The notes below the pieces were generated by a model, which saw only the letters and a list, made by a program, of their open reading frames with translations, did not search any database and was not told the origin of the DNA. From Eledone cirrhosa (Eukaryota), in contig OZ024741.1 of NCBI GenBank assembly GCA_964016885.1, positions 72,602,001 through 72,666,000 on the forward strand: 64,000 nt of DNA, given 5' to 3'. A program made the position numbers and the translations under genes. Numbering within the stretch: the first letter of the stretch is position 1; every line of letters begins with the position of its first letter. Shown here in pieces: positions 1 through 10,249 of this stretch.

Positions 1-419
1 TTAGTTGTTGTTGTTACTTTAGTTATTGTTGATAGTTTAGTTGTTGTTACTTTAGTTGTTGTTGTTACTTTAGTTGTTGATAGTTTAGTTGTTGTTGTTA
101 CTTTAGTTGTTGTTGTTACTTTAGTTGTTGTTGTTACATTAGTTGTTACTTTAGTTGTTGTTGATAGTTTAGTTGTTGTTGTTACTTTAGTTGTTGTTGA
201 TAGTTTAATTGTTGTTGTTACTTTAGTTGTTGTTACTTTAGTTGTTGTTGTTACTTTAGTTGTTGTTGTTACTTTAGTTGTTGTTGATAGTTTAGTTGTT
301 GTTGTTACTTTAGTTGTTGTTGACAGTTTAGTTGTTGTTACTTTTTTGTTGCTGCTACTTTAGTTGTTGTTACTATAGTTGTTGTTGTTACTTTAGTTGT
401 TGTTGATAGTTTAGTTGTT

Positions 420-3400
420 GTTGTTACTTTAGTTGTTGTTGTTACATTAGTTGTTGTTGATAGTTTAGTTGTTGTTGTTACTTTAGTTGTTGTTGATAGT
501 TTAGTTGCTGTTGTTATTTAGTTGTTGTTGTTACTTTAGTTGTTGTTGTTACTTTAATTGTTGTTGATAGTTTAGTTGTTGTTGTTACATTAGTTGTTGT
601 TGTTACGTTAGTTGTTGTTGGTAGTTTAGTTGTTGTTTTTATATAGTTGTTGTTGCTATTTAGTTTTTGTTGTTACTTTAGTTATTGTTGACAGTTTAGT
701 TGTTGTTGTCATTTAGTTGTTGTTGTTACTTTAGTTGTTGTTGTTACTTTAGTTGTTTTTGATAGTTTAGTTGTTGTTGTTGTTTAGTTGTTGTTACTTT
801 AGTTGTTGTTGATAGTTTAGTTGTTGTTGTTACTTTAGTTGTTGTTGTTACTTTAATTGTTGTTGATAGTTTAGTTGTTGTTACTTTAGTTGTTGTTGTT
901 ACTTTAGTTGTTGATAGTTTCGTTGTTGTTGTTACTTTAGTTGTTGTTGTTACTTTAGTTGGTGTTGTTACTTTAGTTGTTGTTGATAGTTTAGTTGTTG
1001 TTGTTACTTTAGTTGTTGTTGATAGTTTAGTTGTTGTTACTTTTTTTGTTGTTGTTACTTTAGTTGTTGTTACTTTAGTTGTTGTTGTTACTTTAGTTGT
1101 TGTTACTTTAGTTGTTGTTACTTTAGTTGTTGTTGTTACTTTAGTTGTTGCTGATAGTTTAGTTGTTCTTGTTACTTTAGTTGTTTTTACTTATGTTGTT
1201 GTTGATAGTTTAGCTGTTGTTGTCATTTAGTTTTTGTTGTTACTTATGTTGTTGATGTTACTTTAGTTGTTGTTGCTTTAGTTGTTGTTGATAGTTTAGT
1301 TGTTGTTGTTACTTTAGTTGTTGTTACTTTAGTTGTTGTTGTTACCTTAGTTGTTGTTACTTTAGTTGTTGTTGTTACTTTAGTTGTTGTTGATATTTTA
1401 GTTACTGATGTTATTTTACTTGTTGTTGTTAGTTTAGATGTTGTTGATAGTTTAGTTGTTGTTGCTTTAGTCGTTGTTGATAGTTTAGTTGTTGTTGTTA
1501 CTTTAGTTGTTGTTACTTTAGTTGTTGTAGTTACTTTAGATATTGTTACTTTAGTTGTTGTTGTTACTTTAGTTGTTGTTACGTAATATGTTGTTGTTAC
1601 TTTAGTTGTTGTTGTTGTTACTTTAGTTGTTGTTGATACTTTAGTTGTTGTTTTTACTTTAGTTGTTGTTGATAGTTTTGTTGTTGTTGATAGTTTAGTT
1701 GTTGTTACTTTAGTTGTTGCTACTTTAGTTGCTGTTGTTGGTTTAGTTGTTTTTGTTAGTTTAGTTGTTGTTGTTACTTTAGATGTTGTTGTTACTTTAG
1801 TAGTTGTTGATAGTTTAGTTGTTGTTGATAGTTTAGTTGTTGTTACTTAAGTTGTTGTTGTTACTTTCGTTGTTGTTGATACTTTAGTTGTTGTTGTTAC
1901 TTTAGTTGTTGCTACTTTAGTTGTTGCTACTTTAGTTGTTGTTGATAGTTTAGTTGTTGTTACTTTAGTTGTTGTTGTTACTGTAGTTGTTGTTGTTACT
2001 TTAGTTGTTGTTGCTACTTTAGTTGTTGTTATTACTTTAGTTGCTGTTGTTGCTTTCGTTGTTGTTGATACTTTAGTTGCTGTTGTTACTTTAGTTGTTG
2101 ATACTTTAGTTGTTGCTACTTTAGTTGTTGTTGATAGTTTAGTTGTTCTTACTTTAGTTGTTTTTGAAAAGTTTAATTGTTGTTGTTACTTTAGTTGTTA
2201 CTTTAGTTGTTGTTGATAGTTTAGTTGTTGTTGTTACTTTAGTTGTTGTTGTTACTTTAGTTGTTGTTGTTACTTTAGTTGTTGTTGATAGTTTAGTTGT
2301 TGTTGTTACTTTAGTTGTTGTTGATAGTTTAGTTGTTGTTGTTACATTTTTGTTGCTGTTACTTTAGTTGTTGTTACTTTAGTTGTTGTTACTATAGTTG
2401 TTGATGTTACTTTAGTTGTTGTTGATAGTTTAGTTGTTGTTGTTACTTTAGTTGTTGTTGTTACATTAGTTGTTGTTGATAGTTTAGTTGTTGTTGCTAC
2501 TTTAGTTGTTGTTGATAGTTTAGTTGCTGTTGTTATTTAGTTGTTGTTGTTATTTAGTTTTTGTTGTTACTTTAGTTATTGTTGGTAGTTTAGTTGTTGT
2601 TGACATTTAATTGTTGTTGTTACTTTAGTTGTTGTTGTTACTTTAGTTGTTGTTGATAGTTTGTTGTTGTTGTTAGTCTAGTTGTTGTTGTTGTTAGTTT
2701 AGGTGTTGTTGAAACTTTAGTTGTTGTTGTTACTTTAGTTGTTGTTGTTAGTTTAGTTGTTGTTGTTACTGTAGTTGTTGTTGTTACTTTAGTTGTTGTT
2801 GTTACTTTAGTTGTTGTTGTTAGTTTAGTTGTTGTTGTTACTTTAGTTGTTGTTGTTACTTTAGTTGTTGTTGTTACTTTAGATGTTGTAGTTACTTTAG
2901 TTGTTGTTACTTTAGTTGTTGTTACTTTAGTTGTTGTTGATAGTTTAGTTGTTGTTACTTTAGTTGTTGTTGTTACTTTAGTTGTTGTTGTTACTTTAGT
3001 TGTTGTTACTGTAGTTGGTGTTGTTACTTTAGTTATTGTTGATAGTTTAGTTGTTGTTACTTTAGTTGTTGATAGTTTAGTTGTTGTTGTTACTTTAGTT
3101 GTTGTTGTTACTTTGGTTGTTGTTACTTTAGTTGTTGTTGATAGTTTAGTTGTTGTTACTTTAGTTGTTGTTGATAGTTTAATTGTTGTTGTTACTTTAG
3201 TTGTTGTTACTTTAGTTGTTGTTGATAGTTTAGTTGTTGTTGTTACTTTAGTTGTTGTTGTTACTTTAGTTGTTGTTGTTACTTTAGTTGTTGTTGATAG
3301 TTTAGTTGTTGTTGTTACTTTAGTTGTTGTTGTTACATTAGTTGTTGTTGATAGTTTAGTTGTTGTTGTTACTTTAGTTGTTGTTGATAGTTTATTTGCT

Positions 3401-3950
3401 GTTGTTATTTAGTTGTTGTTGTTACTTTAGTTGTTGTTGTTACTTTAATTGTTGTTGATAGTTTAGTTGTTGTTGTTACATTAGTTGTTGTTGTTACGTT
3501 AGTTGTTGTTGGTAGTTTAGTTGTTGTTTTTATTTAGTTGTTGTTGCTATTTAGTTTTTGTTGTTACTTTAGTTATTGTTGACAGTTTAGTTGTTGTTGT
3601 CATTTAGTTGTTGTTGTTACTTTAGTTGTTGTTGTTACTTTAGTTGTTTTTGATAGTTTAGTTGTTGTTTTTGTTTAGTTGCTGTTACTTTAGTTGTTGT
3701 TGATAGTTTAGTTGTTGTTGTTACTTTAGTTGTTGTTGTTACTTTAATTGTTGTTGATAGTTTAGTTGTTGTTACTTTAGTTGTTGTTGTTACTTTAGTT
3801 GTTGATAGTTTCGTTGTTGTTGTTACTTTAGTTGTTGTTGTTACTTTAGTTGGTGTTGTTACTTTAGTTGTTGTTGATAGTTTAGTTGTTGTTGTTACTT
3901 TAGTTGTTGTTGATAGTTTAGTTGTTGTTACTTTTTTTGTTGTTGTTACT
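420..3950. repeat. Dispersed duplicate block, about 420-1060 vs about 3310-3950 (offset 2891)
   Basis: Rare variants share one offset: GGTAG 620/3511, GACAG 690/3581, and the C of AGTTTCGTT 921/3812. Confidence 0.85.
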
Positions 3951-5617
3951 TTAGTTGTTGTTACTTTAGTTGTTGTTACTATAGTTGTTGATGTTACTTT
4001 AGTTGTTGTTGATAGTTTAGTTGTTGTTGTTACTTTAGTTGTTGTTGTTACTTTAGTTGTTGTTGTTACTTTAGTTGGTGTTGTTACTTTAGTTGTTGTT
4101 GATAGTTTAGTTGTTGTTGATAGTTTAGTTGTTTTTGTTACTTTAGTTGTTGTTGTTACTTTAGTTGTTTTTGATACTTTAGTTGCTGTTGTTATTTTAC
4201 TTGTTGTTGTTAGTTTAGATGTTGTTGATAGTTTAGTTGTTGTTGCTTTAGTTGTTGTTGATAGTTTAGTTGTTGTTGTTACTTTAGTTGTTGTTACTTT
4301 AGTTGTTGTAGTTACTTTAGATGTTGTTACTTTAGTTGTTGTTGTTACTTCAGTTGTTGTTACGTAACATGTTGTTGTTACTTTAGTTGTTGTTGTTACT
4401 TTAGTTGTTGTCGATACTTTAGTTGTTGTTGTTACTTTAGTAGTTGTTGATAGTTTTGTCGTTGTTGATAGTTTAGTTGTTGTTACTTTAGTTGTTGCTA
4501 CTTTAGTTGCCGTTGTTGGTTTAGTTGTTTTTGATAGTTTAGTTGTTGTTGTTACTTTAGTTGTTGTTGTTACTTTAGTAGTTGTTGGTAGTTTAGTTAT
4601 TGTTGATAGTTTAGTTGTTGTTACTTTAGTTGTTGTTGTTGCTTTCGTTGTTGTTGATACTTTAGTTGTTGTTGTTACTTTAGTTGTTGCTATTTTAGTT
4701 GTTGCTACTTTAGTTGTTGTTGATAGTTTAGTTGTTGTTACTTTAGTTGTCGTTGTTACTGTAGTTGTTGTTGTTACTTTAGTTGTTGTTGCTACTTTAG
4801 TTGTTGTTATTAATTTAGTTGCTGTTGTTGCTTTAGTTGTTTTTGATAGTTTAGTTGTTGTTGCTACTTTAGTTGTTGTTGTTACTTTAGTTGTTGTTGA
4901 TACTTTAGTTGTTGTTGTTACTTTAGTTGTTGATACGTTAGTTGTTGCTACGTTAGTTGTTGTTGATAGTTTAGTTGTTGTTACTTTAGTTGTTGTTGTT
5001 GCTGTAGTTGTTGTTGTTACTTTAGTTGTTGTTGATAGTTTAGTTGTTGTTGATAGTTCAGTTGTTGTTGTTACTTTAGTTATTGTTGTTACTTTAGTTG
5101 TTGTTGATAGTTTAGTTGTTGTTGTTACATTAGTTGTTGTTGTTACTTTAGTTGTTGTTGTTACTTTAGTTGTTGTTGATAATTTAGTTGTTGTTGTTAG
5201 TTTAGTTGTTGTTGTTACTTTAGTTGTTGTTACTTTAGTTGGTGTTGTTACTTTAGTTATTGTTGATAGTCTAGTTGTTGTTACTTTAGTTGTTGATAGT
5301 TTAGTTGTTGTTGTTACTTTAGTTGTTGTTGTTACTTTAGTTGTTGTTGTTACTTTAGTTGTTGTTACTTTAGTTGTTGTTGATAGTTTAGTTGTTGTTG
5401 TTACTTTAGTTGTTGTTACTTTAGTTGTTGTTGATAGTTTAGTTGTTGCTGTTACTCGAGTTGTTGTTGTTACTTTAGTTGTTGTTGTTACTTTAGTTGT
5501 TGTTGATAGTTTAGTTGTTGTTGTTACTTCAGTTGTTGTTGATAGTTTAGTTGTTGTTGTTACTTTAGTTGTTGTTGTTACTTTAGTTATTGTTGATAGT
5601 TTAGTTGTTGTTGTCAT
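3635..5617 (-). CDS. 660-aa Thr-rich repeat ORF (KVTTTT/KLSTTT), mucin-like in composition only; probably not a real gene
   Basis: ATG at 5617-5615 and an open frame to 3635. It has no signal peptide or non-repetitive domain, its sequence is the same as the surrounding satellite, and it ends via a frameshift near 3672. A weaker analogue lies at 43889-45037. Confidence 0.12.
   Translation of the reverse strand: MTTTTKLSTITKVTTTTKVTTTTKLSTTTEVTTTTKLSTTTKVTTTTKVTTTTRVTATTKLSTTTKVTTTKVTTTTKLSTTTKVTTTKVTTTTKVTTTTKVTTTTKLSTTKVTTTRLSTITKVTTPTKVTTTKVTTTTKLTTTTKLSTTTKVTTTTKVTTTTNVTTTTKLSTTTKVTTITKVTTTTELSTTTKLSTTTKVTTTTTATTTTKVTTTKLSTTTNVATTNVSTTKVTTTTKVSTTTKVTTTTKVATTTKLSKTTKATTATKLITTTKVATTTKVTTTTTVTTTTKVTTTKLSTTTKVATTKIATTKVTTTTKVSTTTKATTTTKVTTTKLSTITKLPTTTKVTTTTKVTTTTKLSKTTKPTTATKVATTKVTTTKLSTTTKLSTTTKVTTTTKVSTTTKVTTTTKVTTTCYVTTTEVTTTTKVTTSKVTTTTKVTTTKVTTTTKLSTTTKATTTKLSTTSKLTTTSKITTATKVSKTTKVTTTTKVTKTTKLSTTTKLSTTTKVTTPTKVTTTTKVTTTTKVTTTTKLSTTTKVTSTTIVTTTKVTTTKVTTTKKVTTTKLSTTTKVTTTTKLSTTTKVTTPTKVTTTTKVTTTTKLSTTKVTTTTKVTTTKLSTTIKVTTTTKVTTTTKLSTTTKVTATKQKQQLNYQKQLK
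4358..4369. other. Perfect 12-bp palindrome TGTTACGTAACA (copies at 6309-6320 and 7479-7490; variants at 1578-1587 and 61258-61267)
   Basis: Read directly from the sequence; it overlaps a second palindrome, AACATGTT (4366-4373). Confidence 0.9.
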
Positions 5618-5819
5618 TTAGTTGTTGTTGTTACTTTAGTTGTTGTTACTTTAGTTGTTGTTGATAGTTTAGGTGTTGTTGTTATTTAGTTGTTGTTGTT
5701 ACTTTAATTGTTGTTGATAGTTTAGTTGCTGTTGCTACTTTAGTTGTTGTTGTTACTTTACTTGTTGTTGATAGTTTAGTTGTTGTTGTTACTTTAGTTG
5801 TTGTTGTTACTTTAATTGT

Positions 5820-7890
5820 TGTTGATAGTTTAGTTGTTGTTACTTTAGTTGTTGTTGTTACTTTAGTTGTTGTTGATAGTTTAGTTGTTGTTGATAGTTT
5901 AGTTGTTATTGTTACTTTAGTTGTTTTTGTTACTTTAGTTGATGTTGTTACTTTAGTTGTTGTTACTTTAGTTGTTGTTGTTACTTTAGTTGTTGTTGTT
6001 ACTTTAGTTGTTGTTGTTACTTTAGTTGGTGTTGTTACTTTAGTTGTTGTTGATAGTTTAGTTGTTGTTGATAGTTTAGTTGTTATTGTTACTTTAGTTG
6101 TTGTTGTTACTTTAGTTGTTGTTGATACTTTAGTTGCTGTTGCTATTTTACTTGTTGCTGTTAGTTTAGATGTTGTTGATAGTTTAGTTGTTGTTGCTTT
6201 AGTTGTTGTTGATAGTTTAGTTGTTGTTGTTACTTTAGTTGTTGTTACTTTAGTTGTTGTAATTACTTTAGATGTTGTTACATTAGTTGTTGTTGTTACT
6301 TTAGTTGTTGTTACGTAACATGTTGTTGTTACTTTAGTTGTTGTTGTTGTTACTTTAGTTGTTGTTGATACTTTAGTTGTTGTTGTTGTTACTTTAGTTG
6401 TTGTTGATAGTTTTGTTGTTGTTGATTGTTTAGTTGTTGTTACTTTAGTTGTTGCTACTTTAGTTGCTGTTGTTGGTTTAGTTGTTTTTGATAGTTTAGT
6501 TGTTGTTGTTACTTTAGTTGTTGTTGTTACTTTAGTAGTTGTTGATAGTTTAGTTGTTGTTGATAGTTTAGTTGTTGTTACTTTAGTTGTTGTTGTTACT
6601 TTCGTTGTTGTTGATACTTTAGTTGTTGTTGTTACTTTAGTTGTTGCTACTTTAGTTGTTGCTACTTTAGTTGTTGCTACTTTAGTTGTTGTTGATAGTT
6701 TAGTTGTTGTTACTTTAGTTGTTGTTGTTACTTTAGTTGTTGTTGTTACTTTAGATGTTGTAGTTACTTTAGTTGTTGTTACTTTAGTTGTTGTTACTTT
6801 AGTTGTTGTTGATAGTTTAGTTGTTGTTACTTTAGTTGTTGTTGTTACTTTAGTTGTTGTTGTTACTTTAGTTGTTGTTACTGTAGTTGGTGTTGTTACT
6901 TTAGTTATTGTTGATAGTTTAGTTGTTGTTACTTTAGTTGTTGATAGTTTAATTGTTGTTGTTACTTTAGTTGTTGTTACTTTAGTTGTTGTTGATAGTT
7001 TAGTTGTTGTTACTTTAGTTGTTGTTGTTACTTTAGTTGTTGTTGATAGTTTAGTTGTTGTTGATAGTTTAGTTGTTATTGTTACTTTAGTTGTTTTTGT
7101 TACTTTAGTTGATGTTGTTACTTTAGTTGTTGTTACTTTAGTTGTTGTTGTTACTTTAGTTGTTGTTGTTACTTTAGTTGTTGTTGTTACTTTAGTTGGT
7201 GTTGTTACTTCAGTTGTTGTTGATAGTTTAGTTGTTGTTGATAGTTTAGTTGTTATTGTTACTTTAGTTGTTGTTGTTACTTTAGTTGTTGTTGATACTT
7301 TAGTTGCTGTTGCTATTTTACTTTTTGCTGTTAGTTTAGATGTTGTTGATAGTTTAGTTGTTGTTGCTTTAGTTGTTGTTGATAGTTTAGTTGTTGTTGT
7401 TACTTTAGTTGTTGTTACTTTAGTTGTTGTAATTACTTTAGATGTTGTTACATTAGTTGTTGTTGTTACTTTAGTTGTTGTTACGTAACATGTTGTTGTT
7501 ACTTTAGTTGTTGTTGTTGTTACTTTAGTTGTTGTTGATACTTTAGTTGTTGTTGTTGTTACTTTAGTTGTTGTTGATAGTTTTGTTGTTGTTGATTGTT
7601 TAGTTGTTGTTACTTTAGTTGTTGCTACTTTAGTTGCTGTTGTTGGTTTAGTTGTTTTTGATAGTTTAGTTGTTTTTGTTACTTTAGTTGTTGTTGTTAC
7701 TTTAGTAGTTGTTGATAGTTTAGTTGTTGTTGATAGTTTAGTTGTTGTTACTTTAGTTGTTGTTGTTACTTTCGTTGTTGTTGATACTTTAGTTGTTGTT
7801 GTTACTTTAGTTGTTGCTACTTTAGTTGTTGCTACTTTAGTTGTTGTTGATAGTTTAGTTGTTGTTACTTTAGTTGTTGTTGTTACTGTA
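5820..7890. repeat. Tandem higher-order duplication, period 1170 bp
   Basis: TTACGTAACA at 6311 and 7481. The flanking rare variants (GTAATTACT, GATTGTTTA, GTTGGTTTA, ACTTTCGTT) recur in the same order. Confidence 0.85.
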
Positions 7891-10249
7891 GTTGTTGTTG
7901 ATACTTTAGTTGTTGTTGTTACTTTAGTTGTTGATACGTTAGTTGTTGCTACTTTAGTTGTTGTTGATAGTTTAGTTGTTGTTACTTTAGTTGTTGTTGT
8001 TACTGTTGTTGTTGTTGTTACTTTAGTTGTTGTTGATAGTTTAGTTGTTGTTGATAGTTCAGTTGTTGTTGTTACTTTAGTTATTGTTGTTACTTTAGTT
8101 GTTGTTGATAGTTTAGTTGTTGTTACATTAGTTGTTGTTGTTACTTTAGTTGTTGTTGTTACTTTAGTTGTTGTTGATAGTTTAGTTGTTGTTACTTTAG
8201 TTGTTGATAGTTTAGTTGTTGTTGTTACTTTAGTTGTTGTTGTTACTTTAGTTGTTGTTACTTTAGTTGTTGTTAATAGTTTAGTTGTTGTTGTTACTTT
8301 AGTTGTTCTTGATAGTTTAATTGTTGTTGTTACTTTTGTTGTTGTTACTTTAGTTGTTGTTGTTACTTTAGTTGTTGTTGATAGTTTAGTTGTTGTTGTT
8401 ACTTCAGTTGTTTTTTATAGTTTAGTTGTTGTTGTTACTTTTTTGTTGCTGTTACTTTAGTTGTTGTTACTTTAGTTGTTGTTACTATAGTTGTTGGTGT
8501 TACTTTAGTTGTTGTTGATAGTTTAGTTGTTGTTGTTACATTAGTTGTTGTTGATAGTTTAGTTGTTGTTGTTACTTTAGTTGTTGTTGATAGTTTAGTT
8601 GCTGTTGTTATTTAGTTGTTGTTGTTATTTAGTTTTTGTTGTTACTTTAGTTATCGTTGATAGTTTAGTTGTTGTTGACATTTAATTGTTGTTGTTACTT
8701 TAGTTGTTGTTGTTACTTTAGTTGTTGTTGATAGTTTGTTGTTGTTGTTAGTTTAGTTGTTGTTGTTAGTTTAGTTCTTGTTGAAACTTTAGTTGTTGTT
8801 GTTACTTTAGTTGTTGTTGTTAGTTTAGTTGTTGTTGTTACTTTAGCTGTTGTTGATAGTTTAGTTGTTGTTGTTACTTTAGTTGTTGTTGTTACTTTAG
8901 TTGTTGTTGTTACTTTAGTTGTTGTTGATAGTTTAGTTGTTGCTGTTACTTTAGTTGTTGTTGTTACTTTAGTTGTTGTTGTTACTTTAGTTGTTGTTAC
9001 TTTAGTTGTTGTTGTTACTTTAGTTGTTGTAGTTACTTTAGTTGTTGTTACTTTAGTTGTGGTTGATAGTTTAGTTGTTGTTGATAGTCCAGTTGTTGTT
9101 GTTACTTTAGTTGTTGTTGATAGTTTAGTTGTTGTTGTTACTTTAGTTGTTGTTGTTACTTTAGTTGTTGTTGTTACTTTAGTTGTTGTTGATAGTTTAG
9201 TTGTTTTTGTTACTTTAGTTGTTGTTGATAGTTTTGTTGTTGTTGTTACATTTTTGTTGCTGTTACTTTAGTTGTTGTTACTTTAGTTGTTGTTACTATA
9301 GTTGTTGTTGTTACTTTAGTTGTTGTCGATAGTTTAGTTGTTGTTGTTGCTTTAGTTGTTGTTGTTACATTAGTTGTTGTTGATAGTTTAGTTGTTGTTC
9401 CTACTTTAGTTGTTGTTGATAGTTTAGTTGCTGTTGTTATTTAGTAGTTGTTGTTATTTAGTTTTTGTTGTTACTTTATTTGTTGTTGTTACTTTAGTTG
9501 TTGTTGATAGTTTAGTTGTTGTTGTTATTTTAGTTGTTGTTGTTACTTCAGTTGTTGTTGTTACTTTAATTGTTGTTGATAGTTTAGTTGTTGTTGTTAC
9601 TTTAGTTGTTGTTACGTTAGTTGTTGTTGATAGTTTAGTTGTAGTTGTTATTTAGTTGTTGTCGCTATTTAGTTTTTGTTGTTACTTTAGTTATTGTTGA
9701 TAGTTTAGTTGTTGTTGACATTTAATTGTTGTTGTTACTTTAGTTGTTGTTGTTACTTTAGTTGTTATTGATAGTTTAGTTGTTGTTGTTATTTAGTTGT
9801 TGTTGTTACTTTAGTTGTTGTTGATAGTTTAGTTGTTGTTGTTACTTTAGTTGTTGTTGTTACGTTAGTTGTTGTTGATAGTTTAGTTGTTGTTGTTGTT
9901 TAGTTGTTGTTACTTTAGTTGTTGTTGTTAGTTTAGTTGTTGTTGATAGTTTAGTTGTTGTTGTTGTTTAGTTGTTGTTACTTTAGTTGTTGTTGATAGT
10001 TTAGTTGTTGTTGATAGTTTAGTTGTTGTTGTTACTTTAGTTGTTGTTGTTACTTTAGTTGTTGTTACTTTAGTTATTGTTGATAGTTTAGTTGTTGTTG
10101 TCATTTAGTTGTTGTTGTTACTTTAGTTGTTGTTGATAGTTTAGTTGTTGTTGTTATTTAGTTGTTGTTGTTACTTTAATTGTTGTTGATAGTTTAGTTG
10201 CTGTTGTTACTTTAGTTGTTGTTGTTACTTTACTTGTTGTTGATAGTTT

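Noticed and set aside
5680-5690. Minus-strand AAA-TAA at ATTTA monomers resembling the Euplotes +1 frameshift signal
   Set aside because: A +1 shift enters the Asn frame, which stops again within one monomer. Returning to the Thr frame needs -1/+2, the motif arises trivially from deleting one base of the monomer, and nothing indicates such a host.
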